Virus record (IMG/VR): IMGVR_UViG_3300045988_126140
Location: 1-64,000 of that record
DNA: 64,000 nt
Direction: 5' to 3' (one strand)
Source of the DNA: a virus
The position numbers were made by a program, and so were the translations under genes. Shown piece by piece: positions 58,238 to 64,000 of the stretch (position 1 is the first letter of the stretch; each line of letters starts with the position of its first letter). A model generated the notes under the pieces. It did no database searches, had not been told where the DNA came from, and worked only from the letters and a program-made list of their open reading frames with translations.

Positions 58238-58252
58238 TTTATTAATTATTTT
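58238..58252 (-). repeat. 15-mer (exact, reverse complement)
   Basis: Immediately 5' of the SD of HNH copy 9. Confidence 0.95.
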
Positions 58253-58319
58253 TATTGAGGAATAATTAATATTCCCTTTTTATTCTTTCCAATTGCAACT
58301 TCAATTAAACCTTTTGAGA

Positions 58320-61300
58320 CTATAATTTATCATACCAAGGTTGAGATTTTATTGTTTTGTCATCATCTTTGAATTTCCATATATTTATAGTACAACCACC
58401 ATATTTCATGTAATACGTCCAAGATTTATGGAAATAACCTACGCCATAATATCCATTACACCATTCTATAGCTTCTGTGAAACTCCATGACATTTTTCCG
58501 TCACCATATTCTAATATATAAACATCTGTATCTAAAGGTGACCCCATCATTTTCACAGCTTCTGAAGCACTCTTAGAAATCAACAAATCGAAATCAGTTG
58601 TATATCCTCCAGTATCTTTTACATACCAAATACCATCTCCATTATACTTTTTAGTTGACGGAATGTATAATTTCGTGTTATATGGTAAATTATGTGCACC
58701 ACATGACTTTCCTACTATTAAGTTTCCACCTGCACCTACAGGTGAAGGAGTTCCGTATGCTGTGCATCTACTATGTGTTAATTTAGCTACATAATTTATT
58801 CCATCTATTGTTCCATTTTCATAGAATACATTTGGATGTTCAGAATCAGAAACATTTGTATTTGTATTTCCGTTAGAACTGTTTTTATCAGCTTCAGCAA
58901 CTTGAGGTAATCTAAAGAATATCCATTGATTTTTATCAAAAGTTCTTTTTCCTTTTCTTATACCACTTGAGTAACCAGATGCTTCATACATTTCATAATC
59001 TGAATATCCATAAATCATAACGTGATGAGTTCTACAAGTAAATACATTATTTCTACTAAAACTTACTCCATCATTTACACAAAGAACAATGTCTCCTGGT
59101 TTTGCATCTCTTAAACCTTCTTCTTTATATAACCAATATTCAGCTCCTAGTTGTTTTAATTTCTGTTGTAAAGTTCCTGCACCACATGATAGTCCTTTTA
59201 AATCGGGTATACCTGCGTAATCATAACAACATCCTGTATAACTAGAACAATCCCATCCATATGTTTGGTTTAATACCACCCATGAAGGCTGTGTATATGT
59301 CACGCCACCGACCGTTTCATAACGTCCTTTGATTGTATTTGGTTTTCTATAATCTATTGTTCTATAATATTGAGAATAATTTGCTTGATGATTTACACAC
59401 ATTCTAACTATTTCTTCAGCTTTTTCCATAATCTTTTGTCTTATAGGATTTACTCCATTTGTCTCATTATCATCTTCATCATCTGGAGGAATAAAAGAAC
59501 TTACATTATTTTTAATTTGATATTTAATATTATTTAATAACATTTTACATCCTACTACGTTTAAGTCTAATCCATTATAAGTATAATGTGAGGCTAATAT
59601 ATCGCTTTCAACCATTCCACCTTGAACTGTTATAGATTTTAAGCTTAATTCATTTGCGATTTTTTGTAACATATTATTATAATTTTTAATTTGACTATTT
59701 AATTGTTCATAAGTGTAGTCTGTTGTTGCGTAATTTATACCGACAGGTAATTCATTTGCTACAAATATGTATTTTCCTGTGTATTTAGTTTTTATAGAAT
59801 TTAACAATGTCTTTATTTTGCTTATGTCACATAGGGAATCATTGTTTAATCCTAACATAACAACGATAGCTTTTGGGTCTGATGGATAAGTTGTAATATC
59901 AAAATCTTCTACAATATTTCCAAAATACGTCATTTTTGGGGCTAAATTATACTCTTGTAGATTTTGAATTCTTTTTGTTCCCATAATTAATACTTCATCT
60001 AAATCATCTATATTTATTTCTGCTTCTTTACCACTAACCGTAACTGTGCAAGATGCTTTTATTTTAGTATTTTTATTTGATATAGCTGTTATAGTACATT
60101 TTCCTTGACCTACACCTGTTATTAATCCTTCATTTGATACTTTAGCTATATTACCATCAGAACTAATATATGTTATTGATTGATTTGCATTAGTAGGAAT
60201 TACTGTAGGTAATAAATAAACTGATTCATGTTTATCTATTTCTAATGAATTTGTATTTAATCTGATACCTGTAACGTTAACATTACTACTATCCCCCATA
60301 TCAACTTCTACAACTACTTTACAAGTATCTGTTTTATTACCATCTTCTGTTATTACGGTTATTATGCAAGCTCCATATCCATTTCCTACTATTGCACCAT
60401 CACTTACACTTGCAATGTTTTCATCACTACTAATCCATATTACATTTTTATTTTTAGCTGTATCTGGTAGTATTGTCGCCTTTAAAATATATTCTTCATT
60501 TAAATTTATATTTAAAGTATGCTGATTTAAATCCACGCTTGAAACACTGTCAACATAAGCTTTATTAGGGGAAAAATCTAAGTCTAAATCCATACCAGTC
60601 ATTAATGTACTATTAACTTTATTGTATTTTTGTTTATTCCATAACCATTTATTAACTGATACAATTTTTTTTGTTTCTTTTGATTTTTTTAATAAATCAG
60701 CAATTACTCTAGTATCTTCTTTGTTAGTTTTTTTATTCGAGAAGGTTAAACTTAATTTATTGTCTTCATAATTCATAGTCCAACCTGTAAAGAAAACTAA
60801 TTCTTCTTTATCTCTTTCTTTATCATAAGTAGATATAACGTCCCCTAAGCCTAATTGAATTTCTGGACTCAATCTAGTTTTGTCACCTAACAATCTATTT
60901 ATAAAATTTACTGAATCTATCGAGAATTCTACTGTAGGTTTGCATTTAGATTCTAAAATATGTTTTCCTGTTTTTATTAATTCATTAGCATCTACAAAAC
61001 TATCATCTGAATATGTATCATAATAAATGTAATCTTTTAATTCACTTAATAAATTTTCATTAAATAATAAATTACCTGCGTCGTCTTCTGAAGTTTCTCT
61101 TCTACATAATTTGTTTAATCTATTAATTTTAATATCTAATTCTTTTAATTCTCTTTCTATTTTATATATTTGACTTGAAACAGATTGCAATTCTAAATTA
61201 GATACATCTAATTCACTTTTTATATCATCTAATAAATAATATTCTTCTTCAGTTTCCATATCTGTATAACCGTCTATTATATTTTGTAATTGATTGCATT

Positions 61301-62267
61301 TAGTCATAAGTATATTTTCTGAAGAATCCAATGTAGACAATTCTGAATTTTTTTGTGCTTTTAAACTTACATATTCTTTCCATTTTTCCATTCTTTTAGG
61401 AGTTAATTCTTCAAATAGTTTTAAAGCTCTAATTAATTCTTTGCTCATATCTTCGTTTTCTATAAAATATGAATAATTTTCAATATAATTTAATCCTGTT
61501 GGGTTTGCCTCCTCTACTATACACTCTTCTTCATTACCTTCAAGGATTAATCTAGTTACAATGTCAGAAGAATTAAAAGTTTTTTCCAACGATTTTAAGT
61601 AATTATCTTTATTTAAAACTAATTTTAAATCATTTCCAAATCCGTCAATATCATATAGATTTATTAATTTATTTTTTCTATCAAATATAGGAACGCAACA
61701 AAATTGTTCTGCAATGGTTTCGGTTATAAATGAATAAAAAGAAGTATTTGTTTCCTCTTGCATACGAAGTTTGGGTTCACCATTATCCATATATCTAACT
61801 GAATCATCTATATGACCTAATCTCCAACCTGTTTGTTGGTATAAATATTCGTCAAAAGAATAAGTATATGTATCTTCATCTTTATCTTTTAACATAAGCC
61901 CACAATCCGATAAAGCTATTGTATTTTTTTCTAATTTTTTTTCTAATCCATAAGCAGTAATTTCTTTTGTATGATTTGATTGATTTTCATTTATTTCTTT
62001 AATCACAAAATATTCGCCATCAACACATATTAATCTTTCTGCTATAACTTCATCATATACATAATAATTCACCATTTTCTTTGAGAAATTATCTCTATAT
62101 CTCAAAGGTATTGTAAAAGTTATCGTATCTACCTCGTCAATATTTCTACTTTCTTCTGTTAAATAAAATATAGGTATTTCTGCAATAACATCTCCATTTA
62201 ATTTTGTCAATACAATCTCTTGTATTGGTTTTAATTCCTTAATAATTACATCATTCATATCCATCAC
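58320..62267 (-). CDS. tail-associated lysin (Tal): N-terminal tail endopeptidase-like region, 2x Big_2, SGNH-like, NlpC/P60, 3D domain
   Basis: Big_2 repeats (ATILPDTAKNKNVIWISSDENIASV; PTVIPTNANQSITYISSDGNIAKV). IVVMLGLNND (SGNH block). GWDCSSYTGCCY..HHVMIYGY (Cys/His of NlpC/P60). C-terminal GKSCGAHNLPYNTKLYIP..WYVKDTGG..DFDLLI (3D domain). Confidence 0.75.
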   Translation of the reverse strand: MMDMNDVIIKELKPIQEIVLTKLNGDVIAEIPIFYLTEESRNIDEVDTITFTIPLRYRDNFSKKMVNYYVYDEVIAERLICVDGEYFVIKEINENQSNHTKEITAYGLEKKLEKNTIALSDCGLMLKDKDEDTYTYSFDEYLYQQTGWRLGHIDDSVRYMDNGEPKLRMQEETNTSFYSFITETIAEQFCCVPIFDRKNKLINLYDIDGFGNDLKLVLNKDNYLKSLEKTFNSSDIVTRLILEGNEEECIVEEANPTGLNYIENYSYFIENEDMSKELIRALKLFEELTPKRMEKWKEYVSLKAQKNSELSTLDSSENILMTKCNQLQNIIDGYTDMETEEEYYLLDDIKSELDVSNLELQSVSSQIYKIERELKELDIKINRLNKLCRRETSEDDAGNLLFNENLLSELKDYIYYDTYSDDSFVDANELIKTGKHILESKCKPTVEFSIDSVNFINRLLGDKTRLSPEIQLGLGDVISTYDKERDKEELVFFTGWTMNYEDNKLSLTFSNKKTNKEDTRVIADLLKKSKETKKIVSVNKWLWNKQKYNKVNSTLMTGMDLDLDFSPNKAYVDSVSSVDLNQHTLNINLNEEYILKATILPDTAKNKNVIWISSDENIASVSDGAIVGNGYGACIITVITEDGNKTDTCKVVVEVDMGDSSNVNVTGIRLNTNSLEIDKHESVYLLPTVIPTNANQSITYISSDGNIAKVSNEGLITGVGQGKCTITAISNKNTKIKASCTVTVSGKEAEINIDDLDEVLIMGTKRIQNLQEYNLAPKMTYFGNIVEDFDITTYPSDPKAIVVMLGLNNDSLCDISKIKTLLNSIKTKYTGKYIFVANELPVGINYATTDYTYEQLNSQIKNYNNMLQKIANELSLKSITVQGGMVESDILASHYTYNGLDLNVVGCKMLLNNIKYQIKNNVSSFIPPDDEDDNETNGVNPIRQKIMEKAEEIVRMCVNHQANYSQYYRTIDYRKPNTIKGRYETVGGVTYTQPSWVVLNQTYGWDCSSYTGCCYDYAGIPDLKGLSCGAGTLQQKLKQLGAEYWLYKEEGLRDAKPGDIVLCVNDGVSFSRNNVFTCRTHHVMIYGYSDYEMYEASGYSSGIRKGKRTFDKNQWIFFRLPQVAEADKNSSNGNTNTNVSDSEHPNVFYENGTIDGINYVAKLTHSRCTAYGTPSPVGAGGNLIVGKSCGAHNLPYNTKLYIPSTKKYNGDGIWYVKDTGGYTTDFDLLISKSASEAVKMMGSPLDTDVYILEYGDGKMSWSFTEAIEWCNGYYGVGYFHKSWTYYMKYGGCTINIWKFKDDDKTIKSQPWYDKL

Positions 62268-63008
62268 CTATATTACTTCTGGGAAACTACAATAAATAAT
62301 TATATTACATTCTCCTTCAACGATTAATTGATTATCTCCTTGTTTTAAAGTAATCCATTTTCTATTACAATCTGATATAGGATAATATCGTTTATTGGAT
62401 TTAACTAAACACATTTTATTATCTATTTTAATAGTTTCCTCTTCAAGTAAATTATTTATTATAAAATCGTTTACTTTTACTTTTTGATTTCTTTTACAAT
62501 TACTTTCAATTACAATTATAGGTTCATAATTTAAGTCTCCACTATTATGTATATCTATTAATTCTTTACCTTTTACTTCTTTTTCTATAGTTACTTTTTT
62601 ATATGCATATTGACTTAAAGGTTTAAATGTAACTTCTATACAACCTTTAGGTTCACCGTATGTAAATTTTTTTTGTATTTTCGTACATTTTAAATAATAC
62701 ACATAATCTAAATTGTCATAAGAAATAAATTCTTCAAAGTCATCACTTACTAACCATTTTTTAATTTCTCTAAAATTTTCACCAGTCCATATTAAAGGCA
62801 TTCCGTCTTTTTCTAAATATAATTGTAATGTTATATCTTCGGGTTCTTCTTCTTTTTCATTATATAAATCTAAATTATCTTCTTTTTCTAATGTTTTATT
62901 ATATGGAACTCCAAAATCATTTAGAACATCATTATCAGTGGTTAATATACTTAAAAATTTATCTTTAGATTGTTTTCCTTTCCAAATAAAATATTGACTT
63001 TTAAACAA
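62268..63008 (-). CDS. distal tail protein (Dit), assigned by position
   Basis: 246 aa, lying between the tape-measure gene and Tal with an abutting stop/start. No motif was verified. Confidence 0.5.
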   Translation of the reverse strand: MFKSQYFIWKGKQSKDKFLSILTTDNDVLNDFGVPYNKTLEKEDNLDLYNEKEEEPEDITLQLYLEKDGMPLIWTGENFREIKKWLVSDDFEEFISYDNLDYVYYLKCTKIQKKFTYGEPKGCIEVTFKPLSQYAYKKVTIEKEVKGKELIDIHNSGDLNYEPIIVIESNCKRNQKVKVNDFIINNLLEEETIKIDNKMCLVKSNKRYYPISDCNRKWITLKQGDNQLIVEGECNIIIYCSFPEVI

Positions 63009-63051
63009 TTACATCACCCTCCTTATAAAAGAGGGTTAATATATTAACCCT

Positions 63052-64000
63052 CTATAATGATTTGTTAACAATATCTTTTAAAGTTTTATTAATCATTTCT
63101 TGCATGTCGTCAAGAACATTTTCATCAACACTTCCTTCAACATTAATATTAATATCACCCACATTTAATGTTTTAGAAGTTGCATCCTTATTTATACCTT
63201 CTTTATAGTTTACATTTCCTAGTTGTTTAAATCCAAGTTCTTTAAATATATCTTTATAGTCTTTTAAATAATCCAAAGCCACTTCAAGATTATCACACAA
63301 TTCTGTTTTAATTGAATCACCTAATATTCCTACTGCGTCTCCACTTGTTTCTGCAAAGTCAATCAATTTATCTTGTAAATTAGTAATATTACCATTTAAA
63401 TCGGTAAAAGTATTAGTCATCATCGCATCTTTAACCATTTGTGCTATCTTTTGTTGAGTGTAAGTGTCATCTATATTTTGCGTCATGTCTTCTTTCTTTT
63501 TATCTAAAGCGTCTAATTGTTCTTGGAACATATTATCGATATCTTCATCAACCTTATTTTGAACTGTTTCATCTAATTTATCTTGAGCTTCTTTTAAATC
63601 GTCTAATAATTCTTTCAACTTAGATTTACCACTCATAGAATTATCTTTTTTTGCTAATTCTATTTTTTTATTAATAGTGTCAATTTCGTCTTGTTGTTCT
63701 TTTAAATTTTTTGCATAATCATCTTCATCACGTTGTTTTTTATAATCATCTCTTCTTTTTTCTATTAATTCTTTTTCTTTGTCGTATTGTTTTTCTATAG
63801 CGTCTTTACGTTTATCTATTTCATCTTTTATTACATCTGTGATTTTATCTTCTATGTCTTTCACTTTATTAAGTTTATCTTTTTGTAAATCTACTATGTC
63901 TTTTTGTAAATCAGCATAATTTTTTTCTGCGTCGGCTAAATCGTCATTTATTAAAGAAGTATATTCTTCTAATAAATCATTAACTTTTTCCAAATCTTCA
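63052..64000 (-). CDS. tape measure protein, C-terminal part (5' end outside the window)
   Basis: The frame stays open to the window edge. K/E/D-rich coiled coil. Located upstream of Dit and Tal. Confidence 0.6.
   Translation of the reverse strand, partial: EDLEKVNDLLEEYTSLINDDLADAEKNYADLQKDIVDLQKDKLNKVKDIEDKITDVIKDEIDKRKDAIEKQYDKEKELIEKRRDDYKKQRDEDDYAKNLKEQQDEIDTINKKIELAKKDNSMSGKSKLKELLDDLKEAQDKLDETVQNKVDEDIDNMFQEQLDALDKKKEDMTQNIDDTYTQQKIAQMVKDAMMTNTFTDLNGNITNLQDKLIDFAETSGDAVGILGDSIKTELCDNLEVALDYLKDYKDIFKELGFKQLGNVNYKEGINKDATSKTLNVGDININVEGSVDENVLDDMQEMINKTLKDIVNKSL

Noticed and set aside
2536-63623. About 30 ORFs of 60-170 aa lying antisense to, or nested within, long well-supported genes. 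Examples: 2536-2826, 5063-5362, 16613-17038, 23257-23766, 42080-42496, 44211-44528, 48165-48473, 53473-53838, 57986-58258, 63441-63623.
   Set aside because: They have no SD at proper spacing. Their translations are low-complexity and Ile/Leu/Phe/Ser-rich, as expected from reading A/T-rich codons backwards. Each is fully covered by a gene with clear motifs on the other strand.
1-64000. A search was made for retron or DGR reverse transcriptases, integrase/repressor lysogeny modules, toxin-antitoxin pairs and known multi-gene defence systems.
   Set aside because: No YxDD reverse-transcriptase motif, no tyrosine or serine recombinase signature, no CI/Cro-like pair and no recognisable defence operon were seen in any frame. 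Only the single DGQHR gene and the TnpB gene are candidates, and both are reported separately.

Overview
Very AT-rich dsDNA phage or prophage segment from a low-GC Gram-positive host. Host type is inferred from SD sequences of the form AAGGAGGTGAT and from an anaerobic class III ribonucleotide reductase as the only RNR seen. Positions 1-45.3 kb carry a + strand early/middle region. It encodes ATP-dependent ligase, Rha- and AntA-type regulators, a ClpP-like peptidase, a beta-CASP nuclease, an SSB-like protein, a Sak4-like ATPase, an AAA+ ATPase, a GH13 enzyme, DnaB helicase, primase, a Cas4-like nuclease, an intron-split DnaE-type Pol III alpha, ThyX, a DNA methyltransferase, NrdD/NrdG, a RuvC-like resolvase and dUTPase. 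Positions 45.4-64 kb carry a - strand late region: tape-measure C-terminus, Dit, a 1315-aa Tal lysin, BppU-type baseplate and receptor-binding proteins, a GH25 lysin, and an XhlA-like/holin/amidase lysis cassette. The two blocks converge on a bidirectional terminator near 45342-45372. The window is saturated with selfish elements. These are nine paralogs of an HNH/AP2-type homing-endonuclease-like gene (two pseudogenised, plus one N-terminal scar), a group I intron with a LAGLIDADG gene inside dnaE, a zinc-ribbon/Vsr-like endonuclease plus a truncated copy, and a TnpA-less TnpB inserted into a conserved transcript leader. The non-coding architecture is the most unusual part. An oriented 15-mer, AAAATAATTAATAAA (24 exact and 7 near copies), marks almost every cassette boundary. 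There are two promoter families: six TTGACA/TGnTATAAT promoters and eleven CATAGGTAATTT-N12-TGTTAATA promoters. Leaders begin with a perfect anti-16S SD, often followed by ATG-stop mini-ORFs. Two genes look like recoding candidates or fresh pseudogenes: CUU-UAA-CUA inside the HxHxDH motif of the beta-CASP nuclease, and CCC-UAA-C inside the SPPY motif of the methyltransferase. No rRNA, tRNA, CRISPR array, integrase or reverse transcriptase was recognised.
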